A stretch of DNA of 63,869 nucleotides, counting the filler, from Myxococcota bacterium (GTDB taxonomy: Bacteria; Myxococcota_C; UBA6777): NCBI GenBank assembly GCA_023150835.1. It is 3 parts of 3 records of this genome, joined end to end, with 100 filler letters (N's around TTAATTAATTAA, not from the genome) between each part and the next. Parts side by side here need not be neighbours in the genome. Positions count along the whole stretch, not along the records: positions 48,956 to 63,869 come from JAKLKB010000156.1; 2 more parts are not named here. One strand, 5' to 3'. Below the pieces are notes generated by a model, which worked only from the letters and a program-made list of their open reading frames with translations, searched no databases and had not been told where the DNA came from. The translations under genes and the position numbers were made by a program. Below are positions 49,091 to 58,495 of this stretch, in pieces (within the stretch, counting starts at the first letter, position 1; each line of letters opens with the position of its first letter).

Positions 49091-52018
49091 ATGAATCCAT
49101 CATTGTGGTTACGAGCCCGCTGGGCATTGCTATGCGGCTTGGCGCTGTTTTTCTTACAAGGGGCCAATTGTGGCGGTACTCCCGGCCCCACCAAATGCCT
49201 CGTCAACGCCGACTGCCCGGGGACACAAACCTGCATCAATTCGGTCTGTACGGACTCTGCCGCTGAAACCGGCAAAGAAACAGACTCCCAAGAATCCGCA
49301 GCAGAAACCACTTCTCCCGAAGAAACCGCAACCCCCGAAGAATCGGCTGTCCCCGAAGAGGCCACCAGCACAGAAGGAACGCCCGAAGCGACCGAACCCA
49401 CCACCGACGGAAGCCCAAGCGATGGCGATCCTGTCGAGCAAGATCCACAACCCGAACAAACCATCAAGGAAACACCGAGCGAGTCGACCTTCTTTGAAAA
49501 CGTCACAGGCTTCTGCACCACAGGCGAAACCGCCACTTGCTACAACGGGCCTGTCAACACCATCAGCATCGGCGAATGCAAAACAGGCATCAAGACCTGC
49601 GTGGGCGGCTTTTGGGATGCTGCGTGTGAAAACGAAGTCACCCCACAAGTCGAAGTCTGCGACGGCAAAGACAACAACTGCGACGGCAAAGTCGACGAAT
49701 CTTTCCCTGAAGACGGCCAAGTCTGCGACGTCCCCAACGCCAAAGGCCCCTGCAAAAGCGGCGTCTCCAAGTGCCAAAACGGCCAGCTTGCCTGCGAAAG
49801 CAGCTATCAACCCAAACCCGAAGATTGCAGCAACAAGATCGACGACGATTGCGACGGCATCCCCGATGGCCCTCCTTGTGCTTGCACCACAGGCGAAACC
49901 CGCGAATGTTACGATGGTCCCGCAAATACCGCAAACAAAGGCATCTGCCGCCCGGGAAAACAAGAGTGTAAGTCCGGAAAATGGGAGGCATGTATCGGCC
50001 AAACCACCCCCCAAGCCGAGATCTGCGACGGCAAAGACAACGACTGCAACGGCCAGATCGACGAGGCATTCCCCGAAAAAGGCCAAAACTGCACCGACAG
50101 CACCCAAAAAGGCGAATGTCAAAAAGGCAGCTACACCGCTTGTACAAACGCAAAGCTTGTCTGTACATCAAGCGTCAAGCCCGCACCTTCCGAGATCTGC
50201 GACAACGGCAAAGACGACAACTGCGATGGACAGATCGACGAAAACCCCCCGTGTGTCTGCTCAGGCACCCAAACACGCGATTGTTATAGCGGACCCGCAA
50301 ATAGCAGCGGCGTTGGCTTGTGCAAAAAAGGCAAACAAACCTGTGATGGCGGAAAATGGGGCGCTTGCGTCGGCGAAGTCATCCCCGCAGCAGAGGCTTG
50401 TGATAACCAAGATAACGACTGCAACGGCAAGATCGACGATAACCTTTCGCGCTCTTGTTCTACCGCTTGCGGCTCAGGCACAGAGTTCTGTTCTGCCGGA
50501 CAATGGGTCCAATGCAACGCCCCCCAAGTCGCCACCGAAGTCTGCAACAACAAAGACGACAACTGCGACGGCAAAGTCGACGAAAACCTCACCCAACCCT
50601 GCTCCAACCAATGCGGCAAAGGCACAGAAACCTGTCAAAACGGCCAATGGCAAGGATGCACCGCCCCCATCGCAAGCCCCGAAGTCTGCGACAACAAAGA
50701 CAACGATTGCGACGGCCAGATCGACGACAACCTCACTCGCCCCTGCTACCCCGCCAACACCGCTGGTTGTGTGTTTGACCGCATCAAGAGCACATGGAAC
50801 TGCGTTGGCGCTTGTCGGGCTGGCATCGAGATCTGCTCTGCCGGACAATGGAGCCTCTGTAGCCGAACGATCACCCCCACCACCGAAACCTGCAACAACC
50901 TAGACGACAACTGCGACGGCAAAGTCGACGAAACCTACACCAACAAAGGAGCGCCTTGCACCGTCGGCATCGGCGCATGCGTACGCAGCGGCACTTACGT
51001 GTGCAACTCCAAAGGCTCAGGAACCACCTGTTCTGTCACCGCAGGCACCCCGATCACCGAAGCATGCCGCGACAACGTTGACAACGATTGCGACGGAACC
51101 ATCGACGAGATCTGCGGTACACGCCATCACTTCGCAGCTACCGACGCGAGTTCTACGACAGTGACCATCCGCAACCAGTACGGCATCGCCTCCATCTCCC
51201 GCGCTGGTACGGGCATCTACGACATCACCGCCGACAGCTCGGGTTTTGGCTGCGCCTATCGCCCCATCTTCGTCAGCCCCAATACCTCGCTGCTTCGCCC
51301 TACCAGCTTCGTTTGTTCGGGCGACAACTTTCGGGTGTACCTCGGTTCCAACAATTCTGGAACACTTGCTGACGCGGGCTTTAACGTGGTCATCCCCCTC
51401 AAAACCACAGGCGCTGGCACCGCACGCACCAGTTCTTGCCCAACCACGGGCGCATGCACCCTCGTCGGAAACTACAACATCACCGCAATCAACCACCTCG
51501 GAACGGGTGCCTACGAGATCATCTCTCCGCTGTGTGCAGACAGCAGCCAACCTGTCTTTGCACAGATCTATTCCAGCCTCCCGGGCTACACCGTCACAGG
51601 CTCCAATTGGCGAAGCAGCGGCAAATGCTACGTCCGTGTGTACGACTTCGCCGGCAATCTCCGCGATGTGAGCATCGGCGTATGGATCACCCCGAAACCC
51701 CTCCTGCCTTGGGCCATCACCAACGCAAGTGCCGGTATCGACGCCTCCCACAACTTTGGCGACCAAAACGCCCAATGGACCGCCAACAAACCTGCGACAG
51801 GGAATTACGACATCCGCTTCCCCGCGTGGGCCAACCCAAGCTCCGCCCTCACTCAAGTTCGCGGTAGCTCCGTTCAGTTTCAAGGCGTCTGGCTCGACAG
51901 CTACCCCACGATCTACGCCACCCCCGTTCGCCAAACATCGGGCGTTTACGTCTACACCCGCGATTTCAAAACCAACACCGCCGCAGACGCTCGCCTACAA
52001 ACCGTCTTCGTCCAATAA
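49091..52018 (+). CDS. Secreted Cys-rich protein with nine MopE-type metal-binding repeats and three C-terminal beta repeats
   Basis: Signal peptide; E.CD..DN.CDG..DE x9; GTG.Y.I-type repeats. Confidence 0.88.
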   Translation: MNPSLWLRARWALLCGLALFFLQGANCGGTPGPTKCLVNADCPGTQTCINSVCTDSAAETGKETDSQESAAETTSPEETATPEESAVPEEATSTEGTPEATEPTTDGSPSDGDPVEQDPQPEQTIKETPSESTFFENVTGFCTTGETATCYNGPVNTISIGECKTGIKTCVGGFWDAACENEVTPQVEVCDGKDNNCDGKVDESFPEDGQVCDVPNAKGPCKSGVSKCQNGQLACESSYQPKPEDCSNKIDDDCDGIPDGPPCACTTGETRECYDGPANTANKGICRPGKQECKSGKWEACIGQTTPQAEICDGKDNDCNGQIDEAFPEKGQNCTDSTQKGECQKGSYTACTNAKLVCTSSVKPAPSEICDNGKDDNCDGQIDENPPCVCSGTQTRDCYSGPANSSGVGLCKKGKQTCDGGKWGACVGEVIPAAEACDNQDNDCNGKIDDNLSRSCSTACGSGTEFCSAGQWVQCNAPQVATEVCNNKDDNCDGKVDENLTQPCSNQCGKGTETCQNGQWQGCTAPIASPEVCDNKDNDCDGQIDDNLTRPCYPANTAGCVFDRIKSTWNCVGACRAGIEICSAGQWSLCSRTITPTTETCNNLDDNCDGKVDETYTNKGAPCTVGIGACVRSGTYVCNSKGSGTTCSVTAGTPITEACRDNVDNDCDGTIDEICGTRHHFAATDASSTTVTIRNQYGIASISRAGTGIYDITADSSGFGCAYRPIFVSPNTSLLRPTSFVCSGDNFRVYLGSNNSGTLADAGFNVVIPLKTTGAGTARTSSCPTTGACTLVGNYNITAINHLGTGAYEIISPLCADSSQPVFAQIYSSLPGYTVTGSNWRSSGKCYVRVYDFAGNLRDVSIGVWITPKPLLPWAITNASAGIDASHNFGDQNAQWTANKPATGNYDIRFPAWANPSSALTQVRGSSVQFQGVWLDSYPTIYATPVRQTSGVYVYTRDFKTNTAADARLQTVFVQ

Positions 52019-52130
52019 TACGATATCCGCAAGATGTGTGATCGAAGGATCGTGCGTAGATGCCCTACGGTTGGGCATCCACACCTGTCTGCCCCTACGT
52101 TTTACGATCACACAATGGGCGGATCTCGTA
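52019..52130. repeat. Family B REPIN/MITE-like element
   Basis: tacgatatccgc..atgtgtgatcg .. gcccctac .. cgatcacaca..gcggatctcgta inverted ends, directly after a stop codon between convergent genes. Confidence 0.75.
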
Positions 52131-52170
52131 TCACTTGTTCTTTGCCGCCGTGTTTTTCGGGCTTTTGCGA

Positions 52171-54990
52171 TCAGTTTGAGGAAGGGTGTTCTTGCGGGGA
52201 TGGCGATGCTTCTGTGGAGAAGTACAAGCGGCCATCGCGTAGGGAGGCGTGGATCTGGCTTCCAGCGGGGAAGCGATCTTCGAGCAGAGCGGTGGAGAGG
52301 GGATCTTGGATCAGGTGAAGGATAGCGCGTTTGAGGGGTCTGGCACCAAAGGCGGGATCGTAGCCTGCTTCGACAAGAAAAGCTTGAGCTTCGGGTGAGA
52401 CACACAAGGAGAGGGATTGTTCGCGAAGTTGGCGGTGGAGCCGTTCGAGTTGGAGGGTGCAGATGGTGTGCATCGCGGCTTTGGTCAAGCGATTGAAGAT
52501 CAAGATCTCGTCGATGCGATTGAGGAATTCAGGTCGAAAGAAAGCGCGCAGTTCGGATTGGATGGTGTTGCGCAAGTCGTCGTCTTGCGTGCCTTCGGCT
52601 TCCAAGATCGCGGATGCACCGACATTTGATGTGAGGATCACAACCGTATTGCGAAAATCGACCGTACGCCCTTGGCTATCCGTCAAGCGCCCATCATCGA
52701 GCACTTGTAACAACAGCAAAAAGATATCTTGGTGAGCCTTTTCCACTTCATCGAAAAGGATCACGGCGTACGGGCGAGAGCGTACAGCTTCGGTGAGTTG
52801 CCCGCCTTCTTCGTGTCCTGCGTAGCCGGGGGGCGATCCCAACAGACGCGAAACGGCGTGCTTTTCCATAAACTCGGACATATCAAAGCGTAGGATGGCG
52901 CGTTCGTCATCAAACAAAAAGGCTGCAAGCGCTTTGGCGAGTTCGGTCTTTCCGACGCCTGTGGGGCCAAGGAACAAAAACGATCCGATGGGGCGTTGCG
53001 GATCCGCAAGCCCGGAGCGCGAGCGCCGAACAGCGGCGCTTAAAGCGGCGATGGCTTCGGGCTGTCCGATCACACGATGTTCGAGGTGCCCTTGCATCTT
53101 GAGCAGCTTTTCGCGCTCGCTCTGCATCATCCGTGCTGCGGGGATGCCCGTCCAATCCGCGATGATCTGCGCGATATCTTGCGCATCGACTTTTTCTTTT
53201 AACAGACGCTGCTCTCCCGCCGCCCCCAACAGCGCTTCGGCTTCGGCCAGCCGCTCACGTAGCTGTAGCACTTGGTTGTAGCGGATCTCTGCGGCGCGTT
53301 GAAAGTCGCCCTCGCTTTCGGCGTCCTTTTCTTCAAGCTCGTAGGCTTCGAGCTTTTCTTTGATCACGCGGATCTCGGAGAGAGCGCGTTTTTCACGGCC
53401 CCACTGGGCTTTTGCTTGCTCAAGCCGCTGTGCGATCTGTGCGGCCTCTTCGCGCAATGTGTGGATCTGCTGTTGTGCGCTGGCGGTTGTTTCGTGCAAC
53501 AGCGCTTGTTCTCCCGTCTTTAGATGGATCAAGCGCCGATTCAGATCGTCGAGCATTGGAGGCATCGCATCGATCGAAAGGCGCAGACGACTGGCGGCTT
53601 CATCGATCAGATCAAGGGCTTTGTCCGGCAAGGCGCGATCGGCAAGATAGCGCTCGGAAAGCTGAACCGCTGCACGCAAGGCATCATCCGAGATCTGGAC
53701 GCTGTGATGGATCTCGTAACGCGCCTTCACGCCGCGCAAGATCGCGATCGCTTCGTCTTGGGTGGGCGACTGGACGGCGATACTTTGAAATAGACGCTTG
53801 AATGCAGGTTCTCTGTCAAAACGCTGTCGATAAGCTTCTGACGTGGTCGTGCCGATGACTTGCACTTCCCCCCGCAGCAGCGCGGGTTTGAGCAACCCTG
53901 ACGCATCGGCTACGCTGCTCCCTTCTCCCGCCTTGATCAACGTATGCAGATCGGGCAACACCAACAAGATCTGCCCCGCTGCATCGCGAACCTCCTGCAA
54001 GATCGCCTTCAATCTTTCCTCAAAATCTCCCCGATACTTGGCCCCCGCGATGACTGAACCCATCTCCAACACCACCAGACGCCGACGACGCATCTGGGCC
54101 GGCACATCCCCTCGCACGATCCGCAACGCCAAACCATGCAAGATCGATGTCTTCCCCACACCCGGCTCTCCCACCAACAATGGATTGTTTTTGTGCCGAC
54201 GGCTGAGGATCTGCATCATCCAACGGATCTCGTTGTCTCGCCCGATTACTGGGTCCAATCCACCGCTCTCTGCAAGGTACGTCAAATCCCGACCATACTC
54301 CCGCAATGCCTCCCCCAGCGGTGGAGACATCTCAACATCCGAATCTTTCGAGGCCACCGAATCTTTCGAGACCACCGAATCTTTCGAGACCACCGAATCT
54401 TTCGAGGCCACCGAATCTTTCGAGGCCACCGAATCTTTCGAGGCATCCGAATCTTTCGGGACCACCGAATCTTTCGAGGCCACCGAATCTTTCGAGGCAT
54501 CCGAACCTTTCGAGGCATCCGATGTTCCTGACGATTGAATGGGCGTCTCATCCTGTGGTTGTTTGCGTAGGCTATGCAGGGCGCGACTGACGCGCAGGCG
54601 GTTGACTCCAAAAAAGCTTAATTGTTCGGCAGCGCGGCCTCCTCGCTCATCAAGAAGCGCCAAAAACAAATGCAGCGTAGAGACCCATTCTTCGCCGCGC
54701 TCTCGACATTCTCGTTCTGCGCGCTGCAATGTTCCCAACAGACGGGCCGAAAGAAAGACTTCTTCACGAGCTTTACCGCTGCCTGTGATCTCTCGAAGCA
54801 GTCGACGCTTCAGATCGTCGCGATCGACCCCAAGCATCGAGAGCAAACGCAACAACATACCGCTGTTTTGGCAAAGCATCGCATACAGCAAATGTTCAGG
54901 CGATATCTCTGTACGGCCCGAACTTGCGGCGAGTTTTTCTGCTCCCAACACAGCCTCGGCAGCTTGACGAGAATAACGATCAAAATCCAT
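52171..54990 (-). CDS. clpB: ClpB-family AAA+ disaggregase with 18-bp repeat linker and degenerate NBD1 Walker B
   Basis: Clp N-domain, DPVIGRD, GEPGVGKT, GAKYRGDFEERLK, M-domain coiled coil, GPTGVGKTEL, DEVEKAH, FGARPL. Confidence 0.9.
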   Translation of the reverse strand: MDFDRYSRQAAEAVLGAEKLAASSGRTEISPEHLLYAMLCQNSGMLLRLLSMLGVDRDDLKRRLLREITGSGKAREEVFLSARLLGTLQRAERECRERGEEWVSTLHLFLALLDERGGRAAEQLSFFGVNRLRVSRALHSLRKQPQDETPIQSSGTSDASKGSDASKDSVASKDSVVPKDSDASKDSVASKDSVASKDSVVSKDSVVSKDSVASKDSDVEMSPPLGEALREYGRDLTYLAESGGLDPVIGRDNEIRWMMQILSRRHKNNPLLVGEPGVGKTSILHGLALRIVRGDVPAQMRRRRLVVLEMGSVIAGAKYRGDFEERLKAILQEVRDAAGQILLVLPDLHTLIKAGEGSSVADASGLLKPALLRGEVQVIGTTTSEAYRQRFDREPAFKRLFQSIAVQSPTQDEAIAILRGVKARYEIHHSVQISDDALRAAVQLSERYLADRALPDKALDLIDEAASRLRLSIDAMPPMLDDLNRRLIHLKTGEQALLHETTASAQQQIHTLREEAAQIAQRLEQAKAQWGREKRALSEIRVIKEKLEAYELEEKDAESEGDFQRAAEIRYNQVLQLRERLAEAEALLGAAGEQRLLKEKVDAQDIAQIIADWTGIPAARMMQSEREKLLKMQGHLEHRVIGQPEAIAALSAAVRRSRSGLADPQRPIGSFLFLGPTGVGKTELAKALAAFLFDDERAILRFDMSEFMEKHAVSRLLGSPPGYAGHEEGGQLTEAVRSRPYAVILFDEVEKAHQDIFLLLLQVLDDGRLTDSQGRTVDFRNTVVILTSNVGASAILEAEGTQDDDLRNTIQSELRAFFRPEFLNRIDEILIFNRLTKAAMHTICTLQLERLHRQLREQSLSLCVSPEAQAFLVEAGYDPAFGARPLKRAILHLIQDPLSTALLEDRFPAGSQIHASLRDGRLYFSTEASPSPQEHPSSN
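54336..54523 (-). repeat. In-frame 18-bp VNTR (S[V/D]ASKD x10) in clpB
   Basis: ccgaatctttcgaggcca repeated with 18-bp period. Confidence 0.9.
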
Positions 54991-55154
54991 CGGTTGGCTC
55001 GCTTCTTGGCTTGCTCTGCGCGCTTGGGTTGGACGGTGCCGCCACACCGCGCAAGGGGTCTCGCGTCTTGACTTTTTCGACCTGATTCGTCGGGTGATCC
55101 GTGCGGAGACTGCCCCAAATCTCTGATTGAGTGGCAGATGATGGGCCTCGCGTC

Positions 55155-55529
55155 TTAGCTTTTTTTCTGTTTGTCGACGTATTTCATCTGTAACTCAAAT
55201 AACAACATCTGCAAGAGTTTTTCTTCTTCGCGCTCCAAGTTGCCACGGGTCTTTTCGCGCAACATCTCCAAGGTGTCGATCATGTGTTTGGCCATCGGCA
55301 GGTTGACTTCCGCTCCTTCCCCAAGGTGCATGATCGCGCTGTGGTGCAATGACAACACAAACGTCGGAAAGTCCAGCTTGGGCAAGCGCAACCCGCGCAA
55401 ACGTGCCTTGTCTTCTTCTGCCTTGGATGCCCGATCAAATGCCGCTTGGGCTGCCGAGGCTTCCTTTGATGCCGCTGCTTGGGCACGTTCGGCTTGGGTT
55501 TCTTTTTCGGCATCTTGCTGTGTGGTCAT
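55155..55529 (-). CDS. DUF1844 family protein
   Basis: DF.TFVLSL..A..HLG..NL..AK..ID.LE.L.EKT.GNL...E..LL..LL.EL...YV. Confidence 0.85.
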   Translation of the reverse strand: MTTQQDAEKETQAERAQAAASKEASAAQAAFDRASKAEEDKARLRGLRLPKLDFPTFVLSLHHSAIMHLGEGAEVNLPMAKHMIDTLEMLREKTRGNLEREEEKLLQMLLFELQMKYVDKQKKS

Positions 55530-55666
55530 CAATCTCTCCCTCCATCTTCAACAAGGCTTCCTCTTGGCGCAACTTGCGATCTCGCTGCGCACGTCGCGAA
55601 GCAAAATCAAGCGAACCGACACACAGGGTTTTTGTGCGCCCGATGAAGCGTCTTGTTATACACGAA

Positions 55667-55880
55667 CTATTTCACCCTATAGGCGTAGGCGTCTTCAATT
55701 ACTTGGCCGTTGATAGCGTTTTTTGAGAAACGAATCCCTGTGATATCCTCCTCCGTCCGAATCGCGCTCCTCATCAGGGGGATGAGTGGGTGTGATCCGT
55801 CGATGACCACGACATCATGGAGACCGATCTTGGGTATGCCTTGCGGAAACTTACCGAAAGCCTCTTGAACCTCTGCTTCT
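55667..55880 (-). pseudogene. Probable 5'-truncated remnant of a conserved hypothetical protein
   Basis: C-terminus AIRT..DITGIRFSKNAINGQVIEDAYAYR looks like a conserved protein end; upstream is replaced by tandem repeats. Confidence 0.45.
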
Positions 55881-55951
55881 TTGCGTAGAACAACACCGAT
55901 CCGCAACGTGTTTGTGAACGGAAACGATCGAAGAACGATAGACACGATCCC

Positions 55952-56110
55952 AAGAAGCGCAAGAAAAAAATCCCCACGAACGTTGCATCGAAGTGTCGAC
56001 GCGAATCGACCCAGACAGCACGAAAGAAGCGCAAGAAAAAAATCCCCGCTAACGAGAAGGCAAGAAAAAAATCCCCGCTAACAAGAAGGCAAGAAAAAAT
56101 CCCCGCTAAC
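55952..56110. repeat. ~29-bp direct repeats x4 (GCAAGAAAAAAATCCCCGCTAAC)
   Basis: Copies near 55959, 56030, 56060, 56089; the last overlaps the stop of the 56106-58277 gene. Confidence 0.8.
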
Positions 56111-58277
56111 GCGGCCTCTCTCGCATAGTCGGCGTGGTAGATGACCGTGTCCTCGGCTTCATCAACACCTGAATCGCCTCGGCCAATGGGCGTTTTCGCA
56201 CCCGAACAAGCCCACCCTTGCGCATCGAAAACAGTACGGGTCGAAACAATTCTGGATGCTTAACCACCCAAAACTGCTCCGTCGCGGGCGTCGGAGAAAA
56301 AAAGACGATGTAGTCCACGTTCTGTTTATGCAGACGCTTTAGCCACGACGCCCGATCCGCCGCCTTCGTTCGACCTTCTCCGTAAGGAAGCACCTCGTCG
56401 CCCCGCGTGATCGGCACATAACAGACTTGGTGCTGCAAACGATTTCCCATGAACAAATACAACGGCCAATTGTCGCCGTTCTTCTCCACCGCCGAAGTCA
56501 CCGCAACCCGAACCGCAGAACGCTTTGAGTCGACCAATTCTTTATCAAACGCCTCCGCAAGATACTTCCAATCCTTCGACGTGCGGTGATAGATCGCGCT
56601 CTCCCAAATCGCCCTCATCCGCGTTGCATCTTTGTACTCTTGAAGCCAAAAGCTTGCCCCCCACGCCGCACACAGCAGCACCACCCCAGCCCCCCAGACC
56701 CAACGCATCCAACACAGCAACACCACCCCACACATACACAACAGCACCACCCCCAAACCAACCCCCAACATCGGCCATTCCGAAGGACTCCTCTCGATCT
56801 GCCAAGGCACCGACAACGACAACAACACCCACACACCCACAACGCCCATCCCTACGCGCTGCCACAACACGCCCTGCTTTTGTAGCCACCAAAACACCCA
56901 CACGCACAGCATCACACACGGCAACAAAAAGCGTGCGCTCGTGAGCGGCAAGATCATTCGAACCACCGAAAAATTCGGATGAAAATACAGCGCCAGATTC
57001 AACGCTACCAAACCGCCCCAAAACACCATCCGCCAAGGAAACACCCGCCATCCCGCCAACCACGCAGGAAAAAACAACAAAAGCATCCCCAACAACAACA
57101 AAGAAAACGGCTGCCCTTTCGTCCCATAAAAGAGATTGAACAAGTACAATTCTTCCCTTGTATAGGGCTTTAACTCAGGGCGCTCTCCGTAAAACTTTAG
57201 GGCCGGACTGGCCTCACCCAACCGAATCCCCGCAACCTTGACTTCCATCGGATACAACGGCGTTCCTTTGCGTGACCATGTATGCCCAAACCACGGCAAC
57301 ACCATCGCCCCCCACAACATACTCACGACGCATACTTCCTTCCATCCCGACCACCCTCGACGCCAAAACAACAACCCCAACAAACCCATCCCTCCCCCCA
57401 CCGACAACACCACCCCGTGAAATTTGATGCACGCAAAAACACCAAGCGCCAAACCCGAAAAATACAAGTCATGACGCTCCCCATATTTCTCGAACCGCAC
57501 CGCAAACAGCAAAGCCAACGCAAAACACAACGAAAAACCTATCTCGCTATAACCACTCCCCACAAGCTGCAACACCAATGGGATCGTCAAATAAAACAGC
57601 ACCCCCACCACCGCCCATCCTGCACGCAACCCCAACTCCCGCCCCAACGCAAACAACACCCAACCCAAAGCCCACCACTGCACGATGTCCACCAACGGCA
57701 GCCATACATCGCTGCGAAACGGCAACATCGCGAGGCTCAACAAGATATCCGAACCCGGCAAAAAGTACTTCTGATAACTCCATCCCCCCGGTGCTTCCAT
57801 CGCGATCGGCCCCCCAGACTGGATCCACATCGCAGCCCGAGGCGCATGATACGTCAACGTATCCCAAGACAACGGAGGCAACAACAACACCCGTAGATCC
57901 TTCGCGATCGCCCACACCAAAAAAACAACAACCACCCACCCCCGCCACCCCCGAAAAAAAACACGACAGACCTCACCCAAAAACCAAACATCGATCTGTA
58001 AACTCCGAAGCGTCTCGCGCCAAGGCGACACAAAGCGTAACGCACCCACCACACCCAACCCCACCAAACCACTCACCCCCCACAACGAATACTGCCGCAC
58101 AGAAAACAACAACCAAAACCCACCCACCGACAACCCCAACCCCACCACACACGTCGCGCTCCACAACACCCATGTATCCGCACGCCGCAACATCCGCAAC
58201 GCCACACTATAAGAAACGTAACCCACCCCCAACACCCAAACCACCGCTAACCACCAACGCCACACCATCTCCAACAT
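56106..58277 (-). CDS. Polytopic membrane glycosyltransferase (GT-C / PMT-ArnT-like)
   Basis: Many TM segments, WDTLTYH loop motif, IKF.G, G.PLYP, RFLLP. Confidence 0.7.
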   Translation of the reverse strand: MLEMVWRWWLAVVWVLGVGYVSYSVALRMLRRADTWVLWSATCVVGLGLSVGGFWLLFSVRQYSLWGVSGLVGLGVVGALRFVSPWRETLRSLQIDVWFLGEVCRVFFRGWRGWVVVVFLVWAIAKDLRVLLLPPLSWDTLTYHAPRAAMWIQSGGPIAMEAPGGWSYQKYFLPGSDILLSLAMLPFRSDVWLPLVDIVQWWALGWVLFALGRELGLRAGWAVVGVLFYLTIPLVLQLVGSGYSEIGFSLCFALALLFAVRFEKYGERHDLYFSGLALGVFACIKFHGVVLSVGGGMGLLGLLFWRRGWSGWKEVCVVSMLWGAMVLPWFGHTWSRKGTPLYPMEVKVAGIRLGEASPALKFYGERPELKPYTREELYLFNLFYGTKGQPFSLLLLGMLLLFFPAWLAGWRVFPWRMVFWGGLVALNLALYFHPNFSVVRMILPLTSARFLLPCVMLCVWVFWWLQKQGVLWQRVGMGVVGVWVLLSLSVPWQIERSPSEWPMLGVGLGVVLLCMCGVVLLCWMRWVWGAGVVLLCAAWGASFWLQEYKDATRMRAIWESAIYHRTSKDWKYLAEAFDKELVDSKRSAVRVAVTSAVEKNGDNWPLYLFMGNRLQHQVCYVPITRGDEVLPYGEGRTKAADRASWLKRLHKQNVDYIVFFSPTPATEQFWVVKHPELFRPVLFSMRKGGLVRVRKRPLAEAIQVLMKPRTRSSTTPTMRERPR

Positions 58278-58495
58278 CCCTTGCTCCTCGATATCTTTGC
58301 CCTGCGCACCAAACCTTTCGCTTGCTCATGCAAAATTTGCTATAGTCCTGCGCGGCTTTTCTTTCCGACTTCCTCCTCTATGGGGGCCGATAGCACGCAC
58401 GACCTAAAACAGCCCATCGCCTCCGAAACACTCAATAAGCTTTCCCTCTTCTTCTCTACCGACCACACCACAACCCAGCGCGCACAGGCACCGCA

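Noticed and set aside
55952-56110. Possible mini-CRISPR
   Set aside because: The repeats are mostly head-to-tail without spacers and derive from a gene end.
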